Part shown: positions 8,013-15,788 of the stretch, piece after piece
Position numbering within the stretch: position 1 is the first letter of the stretch
Layout: every line of letters starts with the position of its first letter
Source of the DNA: a virus
DNA length: 43,996 nucleotides
Virus record (IMG/VR): IMGVR_UViG_3300010362_000006
Location: 1-43,996 of that record
Strand: one strand, 5' to 3'
Position numbers and translations under genes: made by a program
Notes under the pieces: model-generated
The model's database searches: none
What the model was told of the DNA's origin: nothing
The model's input: only the letters and a program-made list of their open reading frames with translations

Positions 8013-8567
8013 GTGCGTATGTCGCGATTGCCGAAAGGACCAGTACTTCGCATTCACTGCACGAAGGAGATCATCACGAAAGCGGTCACAGCGAACTCTG
8101 CGAAATGCTGGATCGCGGAGTCGATCAAGGCGGCGGTACCCGTCGCCCAAAACGTGGCGGTGGATCTCGCCACGATTCGCTTCAGCGATCTGCAAAAAGG
8201 ATTGCGGTACGTGTACCTCACGCCCTACACGGCACAGCGGGCCATCATTGATTTTGATGAAGGCACGCCGCCCTCGCCGTTTTCATTCCTCTTGCGGAAC
8301 GCGCACGTCACCCGCGCGGGCTCGTCGGATAACACCAAAGCCCACCGCCGCGCCGCCGCCCGCGGCAAGCAGCACCAGCGCGCGCATCTGCACGCCGACC
8401 GCAGCGAACGCAAGGGTGGGTCACACGCGGCGATCCGCCGCGTCGGAGGCCGACGTCCCCCACAGTTGCGAATGCTGCGACAGTTTGGCGTGCGGGCCTT
8501 CCGGGGCGCCTCACGCGAGCGATTACTGAAAGACCAGGCGGCAATCGAAGCGGCGATTACGAGATGA
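8013..8567 (+). CDS. Hypothetical protein, 184 aa, basic C-terminus
   Basis: GTG after GAGGAAGG; coherent ORF with high GC3. Confidence 0.55.
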   Translation: MRMSRLPKGPVLRIHCTKEIITKAVTANSAKCWIAESIKAAVPVAQNVAVDLATIRFSDLQKGLRYVYLTPYTAQRAIIDFDEGTPPSPFSFLLRNAHVTRAGSSDNTKAHRRAAARGKQHQRAHLHADRSERKGGSHAAIRRVGGRRPPQLRMLRQFGVRAFRGASRERLLKDQAAIEAAITR

Positions 8568-8920
8568 GCGCCACCGACGAACACACGTTCCTGATGGACC
8601 TGATGCCGCTCGCGGCGAAGAGTCAGGTCTTCATCGACGGCACCGACATCAGTGGCTTGCTCGCCGGCGTCAGTGTGTCATCGCATGTGCAGGGCACGAC
8701 GACCGTGCATCTCTTCGTCGCGGCGGGTCGGCGCGTGCAACTCAAAGCGATCGTGCCCGAGGCGGCGATTGTGATTCAGGGCGACTTCAAGGAAGTCGCT
8801 CGCGCGTTCGTACAAGCCGCCCTCGACGTGCTCGAGCTGCTGAACGCACACGGGCTGGCGTGTCCAGCGTCGATGGCGATCGCGGCGGAAGAGGCGCGCA
8901 ACTTGGTCAGCGGCGAATGA
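8564..8920 (+). CDS. Hypothetical protein, 118 aa
   Basis: ATGA coupling on both sides. Confidence 0.55.
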   Translation: MSATDEHTFLMDLMPLAAKSQVFIDGTDISGLLAGVSVSSHVQGTTTVHLFVAAGRRVQLKAIVPEAAIVIQGDFKEVARAFVQAALDVLELLNAHGLACPASMAIAAEEARNLVSGE

Positions 8921-9411
8921 CCCTGACGTTCACGGTCTACGGCGTGCCCAAACCGAAGGGCAATCTGCGCGCGTTCATGAAAGCGGGGATGAAGTTTCCG
9001 ATCGTGACCGACTCGAACCGCAACGTGAAGTCGTGGTCACAGCTTGTGGCCGAAGGCGCCAGCCGCGCGATCGCGGAGCTGCCCGTCCACGACCGCTCGC
9101 TGATGTTCGCGAGTGCGATCCGGTTGTCGGTCGCGTTCTACCTGCCGCGGCCGAAGAAATATCAGAAACGTGGCGTGCCGGTCGCGCACCTCACGGCGCC
9201 CGACATCGACAAATTGCTCCGCGCGATCCTCGACGCGCTGACGCAAGTCGCATGGGGGGACGACAGCCAGGTCGTGGAACTGCTTGCCACGAAGGCGTAC
9301 GCCGACGTCGATGCGCCGCCGTGTGCGGTCGTCCGCGTCGAGCGCACGACGGGCGCGCGCCCGGTGGTCGTTTCCCCCGCCCCACTGCCGCTGCTGGAGC
9401 TGGCGCCATGA
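8917..9411 (+). CDS. rusA: RusA-family Holliday junction resolvase, 164 aa
   Basis: VYGVPKPKGN..., PDIDKLLRAILDALTQVAWGDDSQV; start trimmed to the ATGA-coupled ATG 8917. Confidence 0.85.
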   Translation: MTLTFTVYGVPKPKGNLRAFMKAGMKFPIVTDSNRNVKSWSQLVAEGASRAIAELPVHDRSLMFASAIRLSVAFYLPRPKKYQKRGVPVAHLTAPDIDKLLRAILDALTQVAWGDDSQVVELLATKAYADVDAPPCAVVRVERTTGARPVVVSPAPLPLLELAP

Positions 9412-9803
9412 TCTGCCGGTTCTGCGGCGCCGACATCACCGACGATCTGCTGCATGTGCTCAGGTGCGACGGGCGGCAAGGACAGGTCGAGGCCGACGAG
9501 CCGCTGCCGTTCGTCAAAGGCAAGCCACGGTTCAACGGCGACGACTACGTCCCGCCCCGCGACGATCCCCGACTCTCGCGTCAGTACGCGCGCATCTTCA
9601 CCCTGATGCGCGACGCCAAGTGGCGCACGCTCGCGACGATCGAACAGATCACCGGCGATCCGCCGGCGAGCATCAGCGCGCAACTACGACACATGCGGAA
9701 AGCCCGCTTCGGCGGGCACACCATCAACCGGCGGTACCTCGGCGACGGGTTGTACGAATATCAACTCGTCGTCGCGCAGGTCGAGCAGGAGGTCGCACAG
9801 TGA
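9408..9803 (+). CDS. Winged-helix-like DNA-binding protein with N-terminal CxxC, 131 aa
   Basis: ATGA coupling; ASISAQLRHMRKARFGGHTINRR...YEYQL. Confidence 0.55.
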   Translation: MICRFCGADITDDLLHVLRCDGRQGQVEADEPLPFVKGKPRFNGDDYVPPRDDPRLSRQYARIFTLMRDAKWRTLATIEQITGDPPASISAQLRHMRKARFGGHTINRRYLGDGLYEYQLVVAQVEQEVAQ

Positions 9804-10150
9804 GCATCGCTTCCGAGTACGAACGCGCGCTGAATCGCCTGGCGAAGTGGCGCAGTGTCTACACCGGCCGGTGGCTCGGCACGCGCACGCTGCAGGACCC
9901 GGAGGCGATCGCCGTGCGCGACCTTTTCGAGAAATTGCTGATTCTCCGCGTCGAGGTCTCGGCACTCTCGAATCTGCTCATCGACAAGGGCCTGATCTCG
10001 GCGACGGCCTACCAGGCGCAGATCGTGATCGAGTGTGAGCATCTCCAACACGCGCTCGAGCGCCAGTTTCCCGGCTTCAAGGCGTGTGATTACGGCATGG
10101 ACATCAACACCGCGAAGGCGGTCGAGACCACGAAAGGATGGCCGAAATGA
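9800..10150 (+). CDS. Hypothetical protein, 116 aa
   Basis: GTGA coupling; high GC3. Confidence 0.5.
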   Translation: MSIASEYERALNRLAKWRSVYTGRWLGTRTLQDPEAIAVRDLFEKLLILRVEVSALSNLLIDKGLISATAYQAQIVIECEHLQHALERQFPGFKACDYGMDINTAKAVETTKGWPK

Positions 10151-10674
10151 GATTGTTCGACTTCGACAAAGTGGGCTGTTACCTCGACGCGATCGGGCAC
10201 CGCGTCGAGGACCAGGACGGGACCGAGGTCAAGATGATCGACCTCACGCTGCGCGTGCAACCGCTGACGCCGGAGCTGGCGGGCGCGCTGGACCGCGACG
10301 TCCGTACGCTGCTCTTCACTGGCGCCGACCCGAAGCCGAAGATCAAGACGCTCGAGTTCAAGCTCGCGGTCGCGCGACAGCTCGCGCGGGTGTTCCTGCT
10401 CGCCGAGGACGAGACGCCGCAGATCGCGTTCACCGACGTGGAGATTTCGAGCGTGCGCGCTCGCACCGAGAAGGGCGTCGACGGCTTCGGGCTGGTCTTC
10501 TACGCGAGCTTCGGACCCGTGGGGAAGGACGAGCTCGAATACATCTGCAACTGGTACACGCAGCAGCGGTTCATCACCTTCGACCCACAGGAAGCGGCGC
10601 TCGATCTCGCGCATGAGGCACCGGCGCCACCACGCCGACGGCGCGGGCCGGTCCGCGAATTTGCCACGCAGTGA
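10138..10674 (+). CDS. Hypothetical protein, 178 aa (alternative ATGA-coupled start at 10147)
   Basis: Coherent ORF. Confidence 0.55.
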   Translation: MAEMRLFDFDKVGCYLDAIGHRVEDQDGTEVKMIDLTLRVQPLTPELAGALDRDVRTLLFTGADPKPKIKTLEFKLAVARQLARVFLLAEDETPQIAFTDVEISSVRARTEKGVDGFGLVFYASFGPVGKDELEYICNWYTQQRFITFDPQEAALDLAHEAPAPPRRRRGPVREFATQ

Positions 10675-11048
10675 TGGCGACCGCTCCCCCGCGGCCGTGC
10701 GCGCGATGCGGCGCCTATGTCATCGGACGCTGCCCGCGCTGCACCAGGACGCGCGACCAGGCGCGCGGCACGGCGCACGCGCGAGGGTACACGGCGGCGT
10801 GGGGCCAGTTCTCGAGAGCGTGGCTGGCGAAACATCCGTGGTGCGGGGAACGTGCGGATGGGCTGCTCCACGTGGAACATTCCGCGTGCGCGCGGGCAGG
10901 CCTCCGCGTCCGCGCGACGACCACGGACCATATCGTCCCGCTCCGGTCCGGCGGCGGGCACATGGTCGCGGGCAATTCGCAATCGCTCTGCGCCGATTGC
11001 AACCGGCGAAAAGCGATCGCGTTTGAGGGCGGGCTCGGGAGGGGTTAG
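10671..11048 (+). CDS. HNH endonuclease (packaging-associated type), 125 aa
   Basis: N-terminal CxxC..CxxC; DHIVPLRSGGGHMVAGNSQSLCADCNRRK is the HNH core; last gene of the rightward operon, as in HK97-like cos phages. Confidence 0.85.
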   Translation: MMATAPPRPCARCGAYVIGRCPRCTRTRDQARGTAHARGYTAAWGQFSRAWLAKHPWCGERADGLLHVEHSACARAGLRVRATTTDHIVPLRSGGGHMVAGNSQSLCADCNRRKAIAFEGGLGRG

Positions 11049-11103
11049 GCGGGCGGCAGGGGCCAGAGGTCCGCGGCGGCAGGATCGCGCGTCCTGCGAC
11101 CGC

Positions 11104-11520
11104 TCAGCGCCTCGGGCGGGGCCTTCGGCGCGGTCGCTGTGCGGTCGGAAAATCCTTTGCGGTCGGGCCGAACCAGCAGACGAGCGCCTCGCCAATGTCG
11201 GAATAACTCTTGCCGGTCCGGCGCCGGGCATCGGTCAGCTTGTCGCCCGCAGCCGCCGGGACGCGGATCGTCAGGACGTTCGCCGCGAGCTTGCCGGGAA
11301 AGACGACGCCGGGCGCCGCGAAGGTCAACTGCTCGGCGTAGTGGATCGCCAGATGCGCCAGCACGTCGTTCCGGCTCAGGCCGCGCCGACGCACGAGCGC
11401 CTTCAGGGCGTGACGGCCTGCGGGCGTGAAGTCCATCGCGAACGATCGCGTTTTGCCGGGATAGGCCGACTTGCGCCCGGCACCCTCGCGATACCCGCCG
11501 CGCTGCGGTTTCGTTTTCAT
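11104..11520 (-). CDS. Protein with two ribbon-helix-helix-like segments, 138 aa
   Basis: Start trimmed to MKTKPQRGGYREGAGRK; LSRNDVLAHLAIHYAEQL and KSYSDIGEALVCWF look like RHH helices. Confidence 0.5.
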   Translation of the reverse strand: MKTKPQRGGYREGAGRKSAYPGKTRSFAMDFTPAGRHALKALVRRRGLSRNDVLAHLAIHYAEQLTFAAPGVVFPGKLAANVLTIRVPAAAGDKLTDARRRTGKSYSDIGEALVCWFGPTAKDFPTAQRPRRRPRPRR

Positions 11521-11732
11521 AGGATCAACCAGGGTCCGTATCGTCGGAACTGGACGGCGTGTCCATCGTCCAACGTGAGTTGCCGCCACGGCATCCCGTC
11601 ACTGTCGGTGAAGTCGATCACGTCGACCACGCGGGTGCCAATCATCCATTGCTCCACGCGGACCACATCGCGTTCGTTGCCGTCGCCGCCGACGACCTGC
11701 GGGTCAGTCATCGTCATAATCAATGGTCGCAT
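11517..11732 (-). CDS. Acidic small protein, 71 aa
   Basis: High GC3; ATGA overlap with the downstream gene; no obvious SD. Confidence 0.45.
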   Translation of the reverse strand: MRPLIMTMTDPQVVGGDGNERDVVRVEQWMIGTRVVDVIDFTDSDGMPWRQLTLDDGHAVQFRRYGPWLIL

Positions 11733-11740
11733 GGGAGGGA

Positions 11741-11768
11741 GGGGCCGTCAACGTGACGGCCCCTTTTG
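11741..11768 (+). terminator. Intrinsic terminator oriented for the + strand (GGGGCCGTCA-ACG-TGACGGCCCC-TTTTGG)
   Basis: 10-bp GC stem followed by T4; would stop rightward early transcription running antisense into the island. Confidence 0.6.
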
Positions 11769-11773
11769 GAGGG

Positions 11774-12520
11774 TTAGAACTTGAGTCGCAATCCGCCGCC
11801 GATCTGGACACCGCCCACCTTCCGATTGGCGGTACCGCCGTAGTCCTCGAGCTTCACTGTGCCGCGGCTGACGCGGGCCGTAAACCCGAGTCCGACCACG
11901 CGATTGAAAAACACCGAGACGTCCCCGCCGCCGTGGATGCCCCACGCCGAGGCCGTCGATTTGTCGGTGTTGTAGGACTTGATCGCGACGACGTTCAAGC
12001 GACCGAGCGTGGCTTGCTGGTAGTTGATGGTCGTGATCCGTTCCTGTTCGGCGACGAAGTAGGACGGCCCGCCGAACACGCGCACCCGAAAATGCCGCGT
12101 CTCGAACGGCACCACCATCGCGTGAAGATGCCACGCCCCTTCGGTCCGCGTGAGCGACCCGTCGGTCACGGTCGCGTCGGTCGCTGAGGCGTTGAAGAAA
12201 TTCGGATTCGGCACCATGATCGCGAGGCCCGCGGTGTCTTTATGCGCGGTGCCTGCAAGGCTCACCCCGATGCCCGCGCGCCGATGGAACATGTAGCCGC
12301 CGCCGACGTCGAAGGCGCCACCACGGGGCAAGCTGTAGGCGACTGCGCCGCCACCGGGCTCCTGATAGAGCGTCACCACCTTCACGGACGTGTATTCCTT
12401 CTCCGCGGCCTGCGCGGCGCCGAAATTCACGTCTACCCATCCCTTCGCGTAATCCTGCGCGACGGCGCGACCAGCCGTGAGGCCCACCAGGGCGACAGAC
12501 ACAACAATCGTTTTCTTCAT
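11774..12520 (-). CDS. Outer-membrane beta-barrel protein with signal peptide (moron), 248 aa
   Basis: MKKTIVVSVALVGLTAGRAVAQ signal; alternating beta-strand pattern; C-terminal GGGLRLKF; GGAGA SD. Confidence 0.75.
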   Translation of the reverse strand: MKKTIVVSVALVGLTAGRAVAQDYAKGWVDVNFGAAQAAEKEYTSVKVVTLYQEPGGGAVAYSLPRGGAFDVGGGYMFHRRAGIGVSLAGTAHKDTAGLAIMVPNPNFFNASATDATVTDGSLTRTEGAWHLHAMVVPFETRHFRVRVFGGPSYFVAEQERITTINYQQATLGRLNVVAIKSYNTDKSTASAWGIHGGGDVSVFFNRVVGLGFTARVSRGTVKLEDYGGTANRKVGGVQIGGGLRLKF

Positions 12521-12532
12521 GTTCGTTTCTCC

Positions 12533-12562
12533 AAAAAGTGGGGCCGTCGTCGTGACGGCCCC
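12533..12562 (-). terminator. Intrinsic terminator for the leftward P1 operon (GGGGCCGTC-loop-GACGGCCCC then U5 in the transcript)
   Basis: 9-bp GC stem; A5 on the + strand at the lower-coordinate side; 8 nt after the SpoVG-like stop. Confidence 0.7.
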
Positions 12563-12569
12563 GGATTCG

Positions 12570-12908
12570 TTACCGTTGGTTGGCGAGTTCATCGCTGACG
12601 CGCGCTTCGACTTCGGCGTACGCCTCGAGAATCAGATCGCGGATGCGGTTGTGTGCGGCGGTATCTCTCACGGCTCGCAGCAGGGCGAAGGATCGCCGCT
12701 CGCCATTCACCGAGTACTGCCGCGACGGGAAGGTGACGTTGCGGTTGTTGCCGCCACCGCCGCGGCGCTCCCACACCGCGAACCCGATCAACTTCAGGCC
12801 GTCGAGTGGGCCGTCGCTGAAGTGCAACTCAGCGTCCGCGAGTTTCCCGACCGGCGTACCCTGGCTGTTCGGCTGAATTTTGATCGTCATCGTCATCGAG
12901 GTTTTCAT
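12570..12908 (-). CDS. SpoVG-like protein, 112 aa
   Basis: GKLADAELHFSDGPLDGLKLIGFAVWE...VTFPSRQY..GERRSFALLR...IRDLILEAY parallels the SpoVG fold pattern; GGAGA 6 nt before ATG 12908. Confidence 0.6.
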   Translation of the reverse strand: MKTSMTMTIKIQPNSQGTPVGKLADAELHFSDGPLDGLKLIGFAVWERRGGGGNNRNVTFPSRQYSVNGERRSFALLRAVRDTAAHNRIRDLILEAYAEVEARVSDELANQR

Positions 12909-13032
12909 GATCGTCTCCATTGGTTACGGGTTCAGTGCCGACGCCGCCACATCGCGGACACGGTCGGCAGTCGTCGGTGTTGTCGAGTGCGACTTCGCCC
13001 GCGCCATCGCAGGCGACGCACGGGCGGGCCAT
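12829..13032 (-). CDS. DnaJ-type zinc-finger mini-protein (CxxCxGxG x2), 67 aa; overlaps the next gene by 80 nt
   Basis: CVACDGAG...CPRCGGVG; ATG 13032 preceded by GAGGGAGGAG. Confidence 0.5.
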   Translation of the reverse strand: MARPCVACDGAGEVALDNTDDCRPCPRCGGVGTEPVTNGDDHENLDDDDDQNSAEQPGYAGRETRGR

Positions 13033-13033
13033 C

Positions 13034-13402
13034 TCAGTACTCCTCCCTCAGCATGATCGTGAGCAGCCGGTACGCTTTCTTCGACGCATCCTCGGCGCCC
13101 TGCTCCATCGCGGGATTCTCGAAGTAGTCGATCTTCCAGAACACCGCGACGCTCCCGACGTCCACGCGCCCGAAGTCGTGCTCGTGGTACGGGTCGTTCG
13201 GGTCGTCATCGGCGAACGTGTCGAAGGCGGCGACGGCCCGCAGGACCGCGAGCCGCACCTCCGCGTCGAGTTCGGCCACGCCTCGCGTCATCGTCACGCG
13301 GCCGACCCGTGCGGGATAGAAGAACAAGTTGCGGCGAAAGTAATCGTTGTGCGCGGCGATCACCGCCGCGCGATTCGAGCCATCAGTCATACGCAGTGCC
13401 AC
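13034..13402 (-). CDS. DUF3768-like protein, 122 aa
   Basis: DDPNDPYHEHDFGRVDVGSVAVFWKIDYFE...RLLTIMLREEY matches my recollection of DUF3768; GTG 13402 lies 7 nt after GGGAGGA. Confidence 0.6.
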   Translation of the reverse strand: MALRMTDGSNRAAVIAAHNDYFRRNLFFYPARVGRVTMTRGVAELDAEVRLAVLRAVAAFDTFADDDPNDPYHEHDFGRVDVGSVAVFWKIDYFENPAMEQGAEDASKKAYRLLTIMLREEY

Positions 13403-13404
13403 GG

Positions 13405-13608
13405 TTAGTTCCTCCCTCGGTTCAACTCGATCGAAAATTCGCACGTGTTGCAGAAGGCAACGGTGCAGCGGCGGCGAACGGTTTCCTCGCGGCCGGGCGT
13501 CACGAAGCCACCACGCACGACGACCGATTCGGTCTCGGCCTCCGTGTCGATCGTGAACGACGAGCCCTTGCAGCGGGGGCAGTGCAGGTTCGGGTGTTCG
13601 GCTACCAC
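13405..13608 (-). CDS. Zinc-ribbon protein, 67 aa
   Basis: CPRC...CNTC; GTG start with AGGGAG SD. Confidence 0.55.
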   Translation of the reverse strand: MVAEHPNLHCPRCKGSSFTIDTEAETESVVVRGGFVTPGREETVRRRCTVAFCNTCEFSIELNRGRN

Positions 13609-13743
13609 GTGAGTGCTCCCTGAATAAGTGGGACCGGCTGCACGTCGCTCGGCCGGTCCCGTTCGGTTTGTCCTAGCCCGCGGGCGCCGTGCCCGCGTTT
13701 GTCGGTGTCGGCGCCGCCCGGCGCCGTTTTATCGTCACAATCA

Positions 13744-13772
13744 ACTCTATGGTCAAAATCAAGCACGGTCAA
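13744..13772 (-). promoter_or_regulatory. Promoter P1: TTGACC (13772-13767)-17 nt-TAGAGT (13749-13744)
   Basis: One of three near-identical elements; begins 1 nt after the upstream gene's stop codon. Confidence 0.7.
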
Positions 13773-13773
13773 G

Positions 13774-14025
13774 CTACATCACACGTTCGGCCTTCGCTTT
13801 TTTCGTCGGCGCCAAGTCGGTCGGCCGTGGTGCATCGACGCCCGCGACCAGGATGCGGGGACGATCCGCGAGCAGGAGGATTGCGCTCGCATCGCTGACG
13901 TCGCCGAACGTTTTGGCGACGAGCTCGAGCGCCTTTGCCTTGTTCGCCGCCATCACCAGGACGACGGCGGGGGCGCAGTGCGGGCGCCGAATGCGATACA
14001 GGTTCATTGCTGTTCGTTTTTTCAT
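13774..14025 (-). CDS. Hypothetical protein, 83 aa
   Basis: ATG preceded by GGGAGGG; follows the amidotransferase gene. Confidence 0.5.
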   Translation of the reverse strand: MKKRTAMNLYRIRRPHCAPAVVLVMAANKAKALELVAKTFGDVSDASAILLLADRPRILVAGVDAPRPTDLAPTKKAKAERVM

Positions 14026-14035
14026 GACGCCCTCC

Positions 14036-14659
14036 CTACCGCAGGTTCCAGATCAATCGCTGTTGTTTGTCGCCACCCTTGTCGTCATCGGCCTGCGGGC
14101 GCACGTGCAGGCACCCGCTCCGAAGAAAGTGGGTGTTGCTCGCCCACACGCCCTCGACCGGCTGCGACCAGCCGCGGCCGAATCGCTGAATGCCCTTCGG
14201 CGTGAAGAGCACCACGCGGTTCTGATCCTCGTTGACGCATTCCTCGATCGTGTCGGCGCCGTAGGCGCTGACCATCGTCGCCATCGCTCGCGAGTCGGAC
14301 CAGGCACCGTCGCCCTGCTCCACGAAGTCGCGCCACTTCCACCACGTGCCGTTGTGGAACAACACCCCGCGGCGCGAGCGGCCGTCGAGTGCGCCCGGTT
14401 TCACGCGCCCGTCGATCGCGAACGGGTGGCACAGTTCCGGGCAGATGCCGCCGACGGTGGCGATGCGCGCATGGAACACGTAGGGCATCGGCAGGGTCCG
14501 CGCGAGGACGATCGCATCCTCGTCGCTCACACCCTTCGTGAACACCACGGCGCCCTTGTCGATGTAGGCGAAGCCGTTGCCGTCGGGGTTCGCAGCGATC
14601 GCGGCCTCGACCACCTTCTTCGTCAGTCGCTTCTCTTCAGCAATCAAAATCACACACAT
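14036..14659 (-). CDS. Class II (Ntn) glutamine amidotransferase-like protein, 207 aa
   Basis: Begins MC (Cys2 nucleophile); HARIATVG, CHPF, LFHNGTW, SDSR blocks; GAGAGGA SD. Confidence 0.75.
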   Translation of the reverse strand: MCVILIAEEKRLTKKVVEAAIAANPDGNGFAYIDKGAVVFTKGVSDEDAIVLARTLPMPYVFHARIATVGGICPELCHPFAIDGRVKPGALDGRSRRGVLFHNGTWWKWRDFVEQGDGAWSDSRAMATMVSAYGADTIEECVNEDQNRVVLFTPKGIQRFGRGWSQPVEGVWASNTHFLRSGCLHVRPQADDDKGGDKQQRLIWNLR

Positions 14660-14717
14660 GGTCCGTATCCTCTCGACTCGAAAAAAATTGCGGTGGAGTT
14701 CAGGTGCGACGGGCGCC

Positions 14718-15605
14718 CTAGAGGGCGTCCGTCTCGGTGCTGTCGGCCTCGACCATCGGTCCGTCGTACTTGCTCGCCATCTGTCGGAGTTTCGCGTAGA
14801 GGCGCGGCAGCGACGCGCGATCGAACACGCCGTAGGCTTTCTTGTCGCCGTTCGCCCACCACCCGAGGTGATTGATCAAGCGACGCACGGCCTGCGCGCC
14901 ATCGCCGATGCCCTCTTTCGCTTGACGCTTGGACGCGGGCGCATCCCACGGCAGCGGCGCGCTGGAGTCACACGCCTTCTGCACGATGCCGAGGCAGATT
15001 TGAATGTAGGCCGCAATCTTCGTCGCGTTGAGAGTGCCCGCGAACACGCGGAACTCGACGGTCTGGCGACGGCCCTCTGCGAGGTTTTGCAGGTTCAGCA
15101 CGTGATAACGGCTCTGGTGCGATCGCGCGATCTGATTCAGGTTCGACAGGTCCGCGAGTGCGCGATACGCCGCTTTAATCGACGCGCAATACATGTTGTG
15201 TTCGCGGGACCGGGTGCCGGTCGTCGCGAAGAGTGCTTTTTCGTGATAGGCGACGAAGCAGATCAGGCGACGAAGTTGCTGCGCAGAGCCGTTGAAGCCG
15301 ACGTGGACGTGGAACCCGGTGGAGCGGTTCACGCTGGCGCCAATCTCCACGAGTTTCGCGATCATGCGCGTTGCTTCGGCGAGGCCTTCGGCGCCGCGGA
15401 GGATTGGCGAGACGACCTCGCAGGCAACGCGCGGATATTGCACGTGGACGCTGGAATCGCTCATCAATTTCCAGCCGGGGAATCCCGCCATTTCGGCGCC
15501 GACGTGGTAGGCGCCGACGTGCCAGCCGTTCGCGTCCAGTGCCGTGCCCGGAATGCCGCACTCGATTTCGATGCCGAACGTCATGTTGCTCAGTTCCGTT
15601 GCCAT
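14718..15605 (-). CDS. Amidoligase (Amidoligase_2, glutamine-synthetase-like fold), 295 aa
   Basis: FGIEIECG, W..MSDSS...CEVVSP, STGFHVHVG, RYHVLNL, TVEFRVFAGTLN; start trimmed to ATG 15605 with AAGGGAG SD. Confidence 0.8.
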   Translation of the reverse strand: MATELSNMTFGIEIECGIPGTALDANGWHVGAYHVGAEMAGFPGWKLMSDSSVHVQYPRVACEVVSPILRGAEGLAEATRMIAKLVEIGASVNRSTGFHVHVGFNGSAQQLRRLICFVAYHEKALFATTGTRSREHNMYCASIKAAYRALADLSNLNQIARSHQSRYHVLNLQNLAEGRRQTVEFRVFAGTLNATKIAAYIQICLGIVQKACDSSAPLPWDAPASKRQAKEGIGDGAQAVRRLINHLGWWANGDKKAYGVFDRASLPRLYAKLRQMASKYDGPMVEADSTETDAL

Positions 15606-15651
15606 GTCCCTGCTCCCTTGTGTTTGTCTATCGTCAAAATCAACTTTCCAA

Positions 15652-15680
15652 ACTCTATCGTCTGAATCAAGCACGGTCAA
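15652..15680 (-). promoter_or_regulatory. Promoter P2: TTGACC (15680-15675)-17 nt-TAGAGT (15657-15652)
   Basis: Near-identical to P1 and P3. Confidence 0.7.
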
Positions 15681-15788
15681 GACGATCGGACCAGAAAAAT
15701 GCCTACTTTTTTGCATAGTCCTGGCGGACAAATTCACTGCGTTTTATTGGGGTTTGGACGACCTATGCAGCCGGTCGCGGGCTGGAGG

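Noticed and set aside
13628-15665. 415-aa and 362-aa plus-strand ORFs
   Set aside because: Antisense to the amidotransferase and amidoligase genes, which carry strong family motifs and SDs. The plus-frame translations are Arg/Ala-rich with no motifs.
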